A DNA stretch of 64,000 bases from Tubiluchus corallicola (GCA_030141605.1 JAQGDQ010000036.1:1-64000); one strand, 5' to 3'; numbered from the stretch's first letter, positions 38,030 through 51,035 are shown. A program made the numbers and translations. Notes: a model not told the origin generated them from the letters alone.

Positions 38030-41000
38030 TTAATTCGCTAAGTTTTAGTAGGTAGCCCAAAAAAACAGTCGTGATAATTAGCTAATAATAACTTTCAATA
38101 AAGATCAATTATTAGAGATTAGCAAATTTCAGCAGGATAATTTATAGCATACTAACTAGTAATATTAATTACTAACTTGACAGCATAGACAGATAATTTT
38201 AATTGTTACAATTACTAACTTAAGGTTTTTGTTTTTGACTAAACTTATGAGTCACGCTACTGGTGAAAGGTATGCAGCAGTAGCTAATAAGCAGGGCCTA
38301 TTTCAAGGGGGGGAAGTGGGGATACTTCCCCGGTTCCTCACCCTCCAGGGGGGCCTCGCGCCAAGGTAACATTTTTTTGCTTTATGCGAACATACTGCCT
38401 CCTCTCTCTCCCTCTTTCTCTCTTGTCGCACGTGCACCATTTGCCAGTATTGACAAGTATTAAGGACTGGTCTTGAGAATAAAAATCAGTTTTTCTTTCA
38501 ATTGTTCTTTCCTTTAACAACTGTATAACTCCATATTTTCTCTTTGAAAATGCTTCTCGGTGAGAATTGTAGATACAAGCAGGTGAAGTTTGGAGAAATG
38601 ATCACTGTGTGCAGGTACTTCAGTGAAGGTAGGCAATGCCCATTTGGAGGCAAATGTAGGTTTAGACATGACAAAGAAAGTGTAGATCGAGAGAGAAGAA
38701 ATAAAGTAAACAGAGAAATACGGGAAACAGAAAGGAATGGTCAAAATACTGAGTGGGAGAGAGACTTTTGAATGAGAGGATATGACCGTGAAAATAATAG
38801 TAACATGAACTGGTCAAGAGAGCTAAGAGAAAGGAGATGAACAAATGAAAGGTATGAAACAGCAATTACACTTTTTAGGCGAACAAGTGCAAAGGATGGT
38901 ATTCCGAATGAATCAGAGGTGGTAAAAATAAAAAACGAAACAAAGAGCTAAGATGAAAAGTAAGAAGGGGAAATAGTAATAAAAATTTGTACAGAAATTT
39001 TAAAATATGTCACATAAACTGCAGGGGTTTAAAAAAGAAAGAAGAAAGTGTTAAATTGATATTAGAAGAAAAAGATCTAGAAATTGTTGGTGTATTCTTG
39101 AAACTTTTAAATGATGGAGAGGAAGAAATGAAGAATTGAATTTTAAAACAAAACGTAGTGAATACAACAAAGTAGTTAATAATCGAAATGGCGAAAAAGG
39201 AGGAATCATGATTTTATTAGAAAAAGAACTAGCTATTAGCTAGAGTAACTTATGTATTAGAAAAAGTAAATGAAAATTATGAAGGGATTTGGATAATAAT
39301 CAACAATTGTAGTATCATAGTGAGAATTGGCTGTACATATTGACCGCAGGAGGGAAGGACAAAAGTTCAATAATTAAAACTGATGTATAAGCATGTAGAA
39401 GAACATTTAAAAGAAGCTGAAAGAGAAGGTGAAAAAATTATGTTTATTGTTGATTTCAATTGCAAGGTAGGAAGTATGATACAAGGAAATAGAGAAAAAG
39501 TTACCCCAGCTGGAAAATTGTTGATTAATTTAATCAATAGGAACAATTTGGAAATAATAAATGCTGCTAATAACTGCTCAGGGCTATGGACCAGGGTGGA
39601 AAATGAATCTAAATCAATAATTGATTATGCAGTAATAAAGAAAAATGATGCACACATTGTCGAAGGAATGATTATTAAGGAAGCAAAGATATGGGGTGTG
39701 TATAGAACAGCTTGTGAGAGAGGTGAAGGTGAAGTGTTATATTCTGACCATAACACAATATTAGTAACATTAAATTGCAGAGAAAATGAAAGAGATGCTG
39801 ATAAAAGAAAAGCAAAGTACAAATTAAAGGAAAAAGACGCAAAAACTTAACAGAAGTAGGGGGATTAGCAAAAATTTGGCATGGAGAAGAGAGTTGTCAA
39901 GAAAAATATAACCTTTTTAACCGAGAGGTATTAAAAGTAAAGGAGAGTCTAATTAAAAATGTCAAGAAAAAGAAAGGTAAGTCAAAAATGATAAGAATAT
40001 TATCAAGAATTAGAAAATACTTGAAATTAAAACAAACACAAAATTATCAAGGCATCAGTGAATCTCAGAAATGTCAATTGGCTGAAAAAATAAAGTTAGT
40101 GACTGAACATATTATAGACCAAGAAAAAAATGATCAAGCAAGGAGACTAAAAAAGCATTAGAATGCTTATGTGTGGAAGGAACAATGAGATCTAAGCTTT
40201 TCTGGGATTTTAGAAGGAATGACGGGTAGTTAAAAAGAGGAAAGATGTGTGACTAAAGAAAATGATGGCAGGGTGATCAGTGACAGTGAACAAATTAAAG
40301 AGAAGTATATGAAATATTACGAAGAACTATCGCAATAGAGGAAGCAGAATCTGAAGTAGAAGGAAAAGTCAATAAAATTTTCAACCAAATTATAGAGATA
40401 GGCAAAAGGAGAAAAACAAGGGAAATAAGTGTAGAAGAGGTGGATGAAGTAATAGGAGATTTAAAAAAACGAAAGGCGGGTGACTTTCAGGGCTGGACCA
40501 ATGAAATGATAATATATGCAGGCAAAGATTTAAAAGAAAGCATAGTAAGAATGTTGAACCAAGTTAAGGAATTTGAAATTCCTGATAAGTTGAAACAAAT
40601 GAAAATAAAATCAAAAAAGAGGAGTTAACAGACATGATATCACCATTAGAAGAGGAATATTTTAACAAATATACTGATGAGATTATACGAAAGGATATTA
40701 TTGGAAAGAAATGGAGAACTTTTAGAAAATGAGATTACAGAAAGTCAGTGCGGTGGGAGGCGAAAAAGAGGAACTTCTGACCATATCTTTACAATTCACC
40801 AAATAATTGAATATTACAGATGGGTAGGCCAAGAGCTAAAAATAGTTTTCCTTGACGCAGAGAAATGTTTCGATAAACTGTGGTTAAAAGATTGTTTAGA
40901 ACTGGTTAGAACTTGGTGAAATAGTGTATCAAGGAACATTATGGGTCCTAGAATGTGCAGTGTAGTAACTGACAGAGTTAAGAGTGTTGGAAGGAGTCTA

Positions 41001-42787
41001 GAAGTTGCAGTAGGACCTAACTTAAGAATAAATGCAAGAGTATATGCAGATGACATTGCAGGTATGGGCAATGATGAGCAACTACATAATGTGGTGCATA
41101 ATTGTGGGTTTTTTGAAAGAACAAAAAATGATTTTTAGCACAAAAAAAATCACAGCTGCTAAGAATAGGAAACGAAAAAAGAAGCCAAACTACTCAATAT
41201 AATACTGGAGTAAGAGCTAAAAAAGGTCAGATTGATGAAACCACATGGTATAAATATCTAGGAGATTACCGTATTTTCCCGTGTATAAGAGACCCTTGTG
41301 TATAAGAGACCCCTTCAATTTTTAGGCAAAAATTCTGGAAAAAAGTTTTTTCAGACGGACATTTTTAGAGGGTAAAGTACAACTTTTTTCAACTCAGTGC
41401 GGTACTGAAAACAAAATAAAACCAGTTAATGTGTTGTAGAAAAAGAGTACTGGTATATATTAAAGTGCGTACCTGCAAACCTGTAACAGGAAAAGAGAAA
41501 ACGAGGAGATAATGCCTGTGTCACGATGCTTGTATTGCTTACAACCGCTTCATAGTCGAACGCGACACGCAAAACAGTTGTAGAGCACTTATTTCTTTAA
41601 AATCATTAGTGTCACAATTTATGCATCTTATTGAAAAGACTTACTCCCATGTATAAGAGACCCCCTATTTTTAAAGTGAAAATTCTGAGCAAAAAAGGGT
41701 CTCTTATACACGGGAAAATACGGTATATACAAGAGAATGGGAAAAAAGATGTAAATATTTCTAAAAGAGAAGAAAAAGTGGGATGTATGGTGAGGGATGT
41801 CTTAAATTGGAGTGATATAAACAAAGTTGGTAGAATTGCAATGCAGGTAAGGTTGAACCTCTTAGAGTCAACTATTATACCCGGATTTATAATACACTAA
41901 CATGGAGTGGAGTAACAAAAGTAGAAATGGACAGGATGGAAAAAATTCAGACGGATATGTTACAAAAACTATTATCACAGAAGGTGTCAACTAATTAATG
42001 AGGTATGCTAGTAGAAATAGGTGTGTGGCCGATTGAGCAAAGAATAGATTACAAGAGACTGATGCTTTTACATAATCTAGTAAATTTGAGTGAGTCCAAA
42101 GATGCACGAAAGATGATGGAAAGTGTGTGGAGCAAAGAAATAGAAGGAAGTTGGACAGAAGAAGTTAGAGGTCTTAGTGAGAAATATGATATATGTATAC
42201 AGTTTGGGCATATAAAGACTATTAAAAAGTCAGTCTGGAAGAAGCATGTAAAAGAAAACATAAGAAAATTTATTAAAGTTACTGCACATCACCATATATA
42301 CTCAAAAACTAAGTTAAGGTTGTTAACTTATGAGCAACCCCAACGTAAACCCAAGCCAGTATATAACTGAGTTAACACCAGAACAGACAAAAAGGGTTTT
42401 AGAGATAAAGCTTAAAATGCTACCTCTAAAATGTAATTATAGAAGTAAGTTTAAAGGAGATTTACGGTGCCCACTTGGTGGTAACGAAGAAGATACGACA
42501 GAGCATCTTTTCAAATGTACAGTGATGTGCTACCAAATACAAAAGTTTATTTCCAAAATCTGATTGAGTCAGAAGATCCAAAAATAGCAAAGCAGTTGAT
42601 GGAATTTGTTGAAATAGCGATGGAAACAAGAAACGGTGTCGTGATGGAAATTTAGCCGAAATAACAATAGTCATAAGCGATTTATAAAGTATCGAGGTTG
42701 ATCACGTTACTTGTGTCTCACACGGTGATATTCATTTGTGCCTATCTAACCAGATAGAGTGGACACCAAGGAAACAACGGAAACAAC
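38030..42787 (+). mobile_element. Decayed near-full-length non-LTR retrotransposon (CCCH finger, APE endonuclease, RT, C-terminal zinc knuckle)
   Basis: Motifs CRYFSEGRQCPFGGKCRFRH; APE DFNCKVG..WTR..KSIIDY..SDHN; RT SQCGGR..FLDAEKCFDKLW..YADDIAG..YKYLGD; CPLG..EDTTEHLFKC. Many stops and frameshifts. Short GGAAACAAC x2 tail. Confidence 0.92.
41269..41723. mobile_element. Tc1/mariner-pogo-type MITE with TA target duplication, inserted in the LINE RT
   Basis: Perfect TIR CCGTATTTTCCCGTGTATAAGAGACCC with TA on both sides. Removing it restores YKYLGDY-IQENG. Confidence 0.93.
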
Positions 42788-44464
42788 TTTTGTACTCTAA
42801 TATATGTAGAAACAATCATGTTAAGTACCATTTTATTTGTAAGCAGGAACGTTTATCATGCTCTAATATGCTAACCCAGCAGTTTTGCTTTGACATGCGC
42901 CTCCACTGCAATTAACCTCGTTACCCAAGAATTTCTGGAAGCTAAACATGCAATCAGTTTTCTACTGGTTTTCTTTTGAGTTGTTATTGTGCCAGGGATG
43001 CTAGTACAGTATAAAGTGCAGCAAAGTTGCCAGTAGAAACAAAACTAAAGACAAAGCCACTTTTGGGTAAACACGGGGACCACGAACTGCAGTTCAAGCA
43101 TCTCAAGCACTATTTTACGAGAATATGTGCATCATACAGCAACAGATTTTCAACATTTTTATCATTACGAGAACTTTGCTACCCAACTTCTTCGCAGAAA
43201 AATAAAGTAGCCGACTTTGAACAAATTTTTGTAAATAAACAGACTTGTGTGATTTCAAAAAAATAAACTTTTTCAATCTCTTTTTTATTAATTTACTTTA
43301 TACATTAATATTTTAAAATAACTGCATAAGAATTTAGGCATTACTTCATTTCTAAAATTCATTTAAAGAATTTTAGCATATGTAAGTCTCCAATGTCCAC
43401 ATGTGGTGGAAAAGACTAAGACGGCATTGCTTGATATTGGTAGTCACTGGAATTGGTTACTTGCTTTTCAATATAATTTCGTGTCAAAGTGAAACTAGCA
43501 GACACAAAATAAGATGCACATGCGACTTTAGTGGAAGGAATCCGGCCACCAGAGCCGCACCAGTGGAAATAGTCCATATCTCACTACCATACATCACACA
43601 GCTGCCCAGTAGATGGAGTTTGGTCATTGAGCAGATACATGGACCAAACCAAGCTTTAGAATTGGCATATCAAATACTAAAATATTCCAAAAGCCTATTA
43701 AGCACTTAAAGATATGGATATAAATAAGCTTATTAAGAAAAAGTGAAAAGTTATTCAAAAATCAACAATCTGTAATATTTCAAATATTTAAATTAGTCGG
43801 CAAAACAAAGCCACAAGATAAGTGGTCTAGTGTTTAAAGGAAAGCGGTGATTTTTCACATTCTCATGAAGTCCAGTGAGTAATGACGTCATAACTGAACA
43901 TAATTTTCAACAGCACAAGTATGTGTGTGAAATCGTGTGAGTGAATTGAAGTACAGTACTATTATATAATATTCAGTGTGATCTCTGGTTTACCACCAGG
44001 TTTCAGGTTTACCACCATGCTCACACATGAACTCTCGAATATGAGTGCCACATCTAAACCACATTTGAACTGAGAGATAACAGCGCCTGCTTTTTGTGTA
44101 CCGTGTGTCCGAGATACAGGTACTAGTGCCCATCTAACTAGGGAGTGAGGAAATATTTGTAACAGTAAAGATTTAGCTGTGCGAATGCAAAATTAGGTTT
44201 CTGTGGTAAAAATTTTTTCCACATAATTCATTCTTTGCAAGATAGTATGTTTCTTTCAATATTTTGTAGGGTAAATTCTTTTGAGCTATAGTTTAACATG
44301 TGTCCGGTTTTCCTCTAAACACTATTAAAGGGATTTACTGAAATGAGTTCTTTCTAAGCTGTTGTTTCTAATATGATATATTAGTATATTATCAAGGAAG
44401 CTTATGGAAAGTTACCTAAAAATTTCTAATTTTCTCTTTCCAGGTATTTGAAAAGCAGCCACAA

Positions 44465-44869
44465 ATGTTATTTCAGTGCAGAATGGTATCATCTATTTTT
44501 AATGTATTTAGAAGCCATATGTGTTTTCGTCAGTTTACACCGTCCTTTCTGTGTCAAATGAAACATACCAATGTTTTTGGAAATGTGGGCACTGAGTCAA
44601 GAATTCTGCAGCCACTTGCTGCAAGCACTGTGCCGTTACTTATGCAGACTTGCGGACTTAAGCAAAAGACTGTGTTGAAACTTCGCTGCAAACATTGTTT
44701 TTTTGTGAAGAGAAGAGGCCAGTGGTTTGTTGACTGTAAAGAAAAGCCGAGACATAAGCAAAAACAAATAATGGATTTGCAAAAAATTACTCCACATTTT
44801 AGGGATATCAAATATCTTGAAGGACCACATTTGAGGCAGTTTCGAATATGGAAAAAGATACCTTTTTGA
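44465..44869 (+). CDS. MRPL36: Mitochondrial ribosomal protein L36 (bL36m)
   Basis: LKQKTVLKLRCKHCFFVKRRGQWFVDCKEKPRHKQKQ is the bL36 zinc ribbon, preceded by a basic presequence-like N-terminus. The acceptor tttctctttccag lies at 44443. Confidence 0.93.
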   Translation: MLFQCRMVSSIFNVFRSHMCFRQFTPSFLCQMKHTNVFGNVGTESRILQPLAASTVPLLMQTCGLKQKTVLKLRCKHCFFVKRRGQWFVDCKEKPRHKQKQIMDLQKITPHFRDIKYLEGPHLRQFRIWKKIPF

Positions 44870-44980
44870 GATACATCCTGACTTGTTAAAATATGTAGCT
44901 TTGCTGACTAATGATATCTGTTGCATTTAGTTGCACATAACCGAAGTAAAAACTTTATGCATACTGTTGTCCATTTAAAG

Positions 44981-45409
44981 CAGTGGTTCTCTGCATCATA
45001 TCGCGACCCCACGTAGAACATAATGACATGTTATACTATTATACAACATTATCGTTCGCATTTATTAATTTAACTGTTATTGAACAATGAGTGATTGTTT
45101 CATTGATTCATTCATGCTATGGTTGTACCTTTTTCCGATGTAAAATGAATAGCGGCACGCTTTCAGGCGATGTACCCTGTACAAAACAACATGCAGTTTC
45201 ATTTCCCCGAAAAATCAACCGCTGGTATACCTCACTTAGAATGGGAAAACCCTGTTTCACTTTCCAGAACAAAATGATGTAATGAGAGACTGAGGAAACT
45301 AGACCTACTTACATACTTTTCATGAAAACAGTATTTTTTAAAAATAGTTTTAGGACTAGCCCACGAGCCCGCGAAAAGTGCTTCGCGACTCCAAGGTTGG
45401 AAACCCATG
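44981..45409. mobile_element. hAT/Charlie-like MITE remnant
   Basis: Degenerate termini CAGTGGTTCTC..TCGCGACCCC and TCGCGACTCCAAGGTTGGAAACCCATG. Confidence 0.45.
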
Positions 45410-45829
45410 ACTTAAACCATTCAGTGTAGTTTCTTTCATTTTTTTCGGTTTTTGCATTGCAGTTTAAAGTAGAAAATCTAGTGTGGTTGATTAGGAGTAC
45501 AGAAATTTAAAGCTGTGTATGCCGTACAAAGCATACTGCATTGCACAAAATTGCCTTTTTTATTTGGCAACATGGTTTTCAAAATGTATATGCATTGTGA
45601 TCATTTTCAAAAAAGTGAACTCCTGTTTTCTATTTATGTCTATTACATTAGTTTGCACTTGGAATGGTGTTGAGGAAACAACTGAATCTGTAGAATGGCT
45701 TAAATAACTATCTAAGTTTTGTTACCAGTTCAATGTTTAAATTACTAAAAATCATGGTAGACGGTTTCAATATGATGCTAAAGAGTGTGGCCGGTTATTT
45801 TTAAGTAAAACCTGTAACAGTGGTTTTCA

Positions 45830-46160
45830 AAAAAGGAGCTATCTTCACTGAATCATCATCAGGTAGTCTAAACAAATGCCCAATCCATCTTTAAGTGGCG
45901 TCATCTTATTTTTCTTGTTCAAGGTTCTCCTTTTATTTTTTCATATAGATCTTTATTCGAGATTGTCTTTAGCCATCTGATTCCCAAAATGTTTCTGTAA
46001 TTTCGCCCTTGAAACGCATCGATTTCAGCTTGATTATTTGCTTATAATGTCCAGAGCTCAGAGTTGCACACTATTACAGTTTCAACTAAGGCTGAGAATA
46101 TTCTAATTTTTGTTTCCAAATAAATCTTCCTATTCTCAAAAACTTTTGTAGGTACTTGCA
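45830..46160 (-). mobile_element. RTE-like LINE fragment
   Basis: TKIRIFSALVETVIVCNSELWTL..IDAFQ..ILGIRW..ISNKDLY..LRWIGHLFRLPDD, with stops. Confidence 0.8.
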
Positions 46161-46263
46161 TTTCTGTCATTAATTCATTTTTTGTGTGCACATTACACAG
46201 TATCTGTAGCAGTGTGTCTACAATAAAGCCAAACTGAAGCACGTTACTTCATATCTGTGTAAC

Positions 46264-47011
46264 TGTTGGGAGTCGAGTAGGGCACTAGCCGAAGTAGAAC
46301 AATGGCGTACATCAGCTAGCCCAGGTAGGACGCGTCGTACATGGGCTGCCCAAGTAGGACACTGAAAGACAGGTCACGAAATGAGTTAACCGTAATGGCA
46401 GCGTCCGTTGTACTTGTTTATTTAATAATAATAATTGAAAACGTCAATACACGTTGAATAATTTATTATACATCTGATAAAATAAAAGAATTTTATTCTG
46501 AGCTAGCAAAGCGGCCAATATTAAATTTGGCTTCGATGTTAATCTTTTTGAAGTGAAATAAGCCTGCCTTTAGGCGATTCCAACATTTGCTTAAGGTATA
46601 TCATTTTTTTGTTCTGTCTCGCTTCACAGACAGGTGATCTGTTCCGCTATCTCTTGGACAAATAATTACTCTACTAAGTAAACGTGCTAGCGAGCTATGT
46701 GTCCTGCATAGTTTCTCTCTTTAAAAGCATTAGATACTTAGCTTAACGTTTGATGATATTAAAGGAGGTAATAATAATGATGATATTATTGTAAAAATAC
46801 ATTTGTAAATTGTTTAGGACTATGCATCATTATTATAAAATTACTTTTTTCTAAAACAAATTTAGTTTCATGTTTCATGTCATAATCTCGACAGAAATCG
46901 CCAGTGCCGTGCTTGGACTGCCCATGTACGACACTGCTTTTCCGCAAATTTGGCACGTGCGCTTTAGCGGAAGTGTCCTACTTCGGCTAGTGGCGTACTC
47001 TGCGCGCTATA
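46264..47011. mobile_element. Ginger-like non-autonomous element, copy 3, with 4-bp target duplication TAAC
   Basis: TAAC|TGTTGGGAG...GCGCTATA|TAAC. Colinear with 19633-20435. Confidence 0.82.
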
Positions 47012-47499
47012 TAACTAATAGATTAGCATCGTGAGAGCAGTTTTTTACGTTAGAGTTCTGCCTGCCCAGTGTCTGCAATACAACGGGCGTTTGATATATT
47101 CTTCTTGTGGTCTTCCAGTGCAAAAGCTCAGTATAACGCTATAGATACGCATTAAATGTGAAAGCACTGCGGACCGTTACAGAGGTATTCCAAATTTGCA
47201 TATTCCATCTCTTCAACGTACGGTACTTTACGTAAAGTCCTATTTTGTTCTTAATGAACTTATTTATATTTGCAGCTTGTGGCAGTTTATCATGATTTAA
47301 GATTAGAATATAGTAGTGAACATGAACTGAATGAGAATGTAGAAAATATAATATAAAGAACAAGAAAAAGACAAAAATGACACTTTCAGCTTAACCGAGC
47401 AGAGACTAGGTCACTAGAACAATTTAGGCAAAAAAACACACAAAAGTGAGCTAACAAAAATATGGGAGACAAGTGATACAATTTTTGAAGTGCAGTTTA

Positions 47500-49870
47500 G
47501 CAAGTGACAACAGGTGATAACACTCTCACTCGTCATTGAAGATTATTTTAGAACTAAAAACAAGAACAAACCATGTAAGCAGGCAAAGGTTAGTAGAATA
47601 CTGATGAAATAAAAAAGAGAGGTTAGAGATGAACTAAAAAGCACTAATGATAAAACCAAATGTAAAATATTACAAATAATGGAGAAGAGATTGGAAGAAG
47701 TGTTATATCATCACAATCAAAATGTATTATAATCGAATAAACATGATAAAAAGGTAGTCAGGCTTAAATGCAAGTGCATTTTGAGAATTTAAAAAGAAAC
47801 TGAAGAGCAGAAAAGGGAAAGATATGATAGATATGTATTATAAACATGACAAATTAAAAGAAGATATAGACGACATTTAACAATTTTTGAGAAATACTAT
47901 GAAAGGTTGTTGAGACTAAATGAGGCAACAACTTTAAGAGAAAAAATGACCGAAATTAGTGAAAATGAGAGTATTAGAATGCTGGGAGAATTGGAAAAGA
48001 GTAAGAGTAAAAAAATCACAGAGCAAGAGATTAGAGCTAAAATATAAGAATTCAAAAAAACGGAAATCTCAGAATAGACATTATTGGAGAAATGTTAGTG
48101 AAGGAGGAGATAACTTAATGAAGTGCTTGACATTAATGTTTAATAGCTTACATGAAACAAGCTGTATTCCTGAAGAATCGAAGAAAATGACAAATCGATA
48201 TACAAAGGGGGAGGGTCAAAAGGACAAACGAAAAGTAGAAGAGGAGTATGCATAACTAGTGTAATAAATAAAGTGCATGAAAAGGTAGTAATGAGGAGAT
48301 GTTAAAAAATTATGGACAGTAATATTAGCAACTTACAGTGTGGTGGAAGAAAAAATGGAAGCCGAGCAAATCACCTATTTGTAGTGAGAGCAATATTAGA
48401 TTATAACAGGTACATAAACATAAACAATGATGTATACTTAGTCTTAGGTGATTTAGAAAAATGCTTTGCTAAGCTATGGTTGCAAGACTGTAGAGATGAG
48501 CTGTGAAAATCGGGACTAAATGAAAATGATTGTTTGAATATCTTTTACCCGAATAAAGAAGTAGAGACGATCATTAATACACCAGTAGGAAATACAAAAG
48601 AAATACATATTAGAGAGTCTGTTAGATAAGGTACATGATTTTGGCCCATATTGTGCAGTGTGGCTGTTAACAAAATTATAAACTTGCTAAATCATCCTTA
48701 ATTCCCCATCCTTTACTTGAACCTTTATTTCATTTTTGGATTTTTTCTTGTCATTCTCATGATTAAAAACTTGGTTTTCTCTATATTAAATCTTATTTTC
48801 TTTTGTTCTTCAAATTCTCTAAATTTCCTACTACTTGTTCTGCAGTATTTTTGGATCCCATTCTTAAGATATATCACTGACATACAAAAGTATTCCTACC
48901 TCCAAATCAGGACCAAAAATGTAAATATCTGGGTGATTGGTTGAGTAGTACACGGAAGTATAATGTAATGATAGAAGAGTGGAAGAACCAAACGGAATTC
49001 GTGATTTTGGATATTTTAAATATAGGAATGGATGAAAGTTTGGGATGCAAGTCATTGGAGGTTAGATTATTATTGTATGAGGCAATGGTAATCCCTGCAA
49101 TAATTAATAACAGTGAAACCTGGACAAGTATAACAAAAGGAGAATGGAATTGATAGAATAATGTACAGAATAAAGTATTAAAAAGAATCTTAAAGCAAAG
49201 GAAAACTACATCATATTCGGGTATGATGGGAGAAACAGGAATATAGCCAATGGTAAACAGAGTTGAATATAGAAAACTAATGTTTTACATAGTTTAGCTA
49301 ATGCCGATGATGAAAGAATGGCAAGAAAAGTGTTAATGGTGCAGAAAGAATGAGATTACGAAAAATGTTGGTATGGAAAAGTTAAGAAAATAATGATGAA
49401 GTACAATATTGATTATGATATAGAACAAATACAAGGACTAAAAGGTCAACTTGGAAAAGAAAATAAAGAAAGAATTTTAAACGAGTTTAAAACTAAGGTT
49501 CAAACGATGACTAAATTAAGATTTCTAAAGAGGACGACATTTGGAATATATATATATAGAAAGATGTGGAATTCAAGAGGGAAGTCTAATTTCGAAAGTT
49601 AGTCTAAATATGCTGCTAGAATTGAAAAGTAATTATAAAAGTACAAATAAGGATATTGACAAGTATAGGAGATCGACACAACTGAGCATTTATTTGCCTG
49701 CTAATGCTTTTCACATTTAAAATGAAAAAGGAGTTCATGCTGAAGATGTAATCGCAACAAATGTACAGGTGGTAAAAAGAATTAAGGAAGTGGCGATGGT
49801 CATGATTGAATACTGGAAGCAGTAGACAACAAAAACTATAGTATTTTGTGCCTTGCACCTTAAGAGTGCC
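47500..49870 (+). mobile_element. Second decayed non-LTR retrotransposon (same RT type as 38030-42787) with an internal inversion
   Basis: Motifs LQCGGRKN..DLEKCFAKLWLQDC, TPVGNT, KYLGDW, YEAMVIPAIINNSETWT, STQLSIY/EHL-like end. The YVSDI segment lies on the opposite strand (~48680-48920). Confidence 0.88.
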
Positions 49871-50319
49871 TACCATGTAGTATGGAGGGCACTGCGAAAT
49901 CACCACAGACAGAGTATCCAGGGATAATCTATAGTGACAAAAGAGCGTACTGTTTGGTGGCAGGATGGTGTAATGTTCTTGGACGAGTGATAACACGTCA
50001 TAATTATTGCATGACAATTTTTATGTATGATGTGGTGAAGAAGGCCACCTCAAGTTCGTTTGAAATTCGATGTCCAGTAGGCATAGAATGCAAGATAGAC
50101 TATAGTTACAATTTTTAAGTAACAATTGCAGTAAAATGTTGTGAGAGCGCTGTGGCTTCAGTTGTGCCGGTACTCCTTCTACAATATTGGTTACATCTTA
50201 CTTGTGATGTAGGCATTACTATTTACTGTTAATGTCTGTCTAATCAGGCCTTCCCTGTTCGAGTCAGCTGCGAAGTTACCATCTTAAGCTGTCAAGTCTG
50301 CTGCTATAAAGCTTGAATG

Positions 50320-50435
50320 TGGGTAAAAATGGCACAGGAAAAATTGCGTAAATGGAAAACTAGGTAAAAATGGGACAGGAACAAATGGCTCATGAAAAAA
50401 TGGCACGAATGGAAAAGTCGGTAAAAATGACACAC
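50320..50435. repeat. Degenerate ~15 bp tandem repeat (GGTAAAAATGGCACA-like), probably a transposon subterminal array
   Basis: Direct reading of about 7 degenerate units. Confidence 0.55.
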
Positions 50436-51035
50436 TTAGTATGGGATTAGAGTTATAGTGGTGGATAATTGTTTTAGTTATTTTTACCTCTACCAAGCAA
50501 GTTATGCTTTAACACAGTTTGTTTGTTTGCTTGGTTGTTTTTTTACTGTAAGACTATTACACAAAAACTATTTAACAGATTGCCAAGAAACTGTGAATAA
50601 AGGCAGGTGTAGTGTGCCAAAGTATAAATTGTATATATTTGTCAGTCTATTACCATCGCCCATGTTAATGGTTAAAAAGGTAGATAAACACTATGTGGAA
50701 CATTGTGCATTACTGATTATAAATCTATTTTATTAACAAATAGTTTATGAATCTTTTGCTAGTCTATGTGCTATTATCAGGTTACCATAATAGTTATTTA
50801 CCTTATCTGGGTCAAAGCTGGTTAAGTAGGCCCCTATTAGATAATTAGCACTGTAAATTCCTTTTATAATATCGTATATGATCTCAAAGCTTCAGTACAT
50901 GTCAATGTACTTTTACTTAATCATATAACTTGTACGTCATCTCACTTATAGTGACTTTTTTAGTCCACAGAGATACGAATTAAGCATGGTTGGTTGTGTG
51001 GTCTAATTTTCTTACATGTTGTTTTTCCAGCTGAC

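Larger units (their letters stand above)
37822..43380 (+). mobile_element. pogo/Tigger-like non-autonomous element split by a LINE (parts 37822-38029 and 42785-~43380)
   Basis: Starts TA|CAGTAGGCGCCG. Both parts align contiguously to the uninterrupted copy at 60114-60970. Confidence 0.75.

Noticed and set aside
43401-43709. 102 aa ORF resembling a type II membrane protein
   Set aside because: No recognisable domain or exon partners. Another frame gives NSPYLTTIH, resembling the Tc1/mariner SPDLNPI motif, so it is more likely transposase debris.
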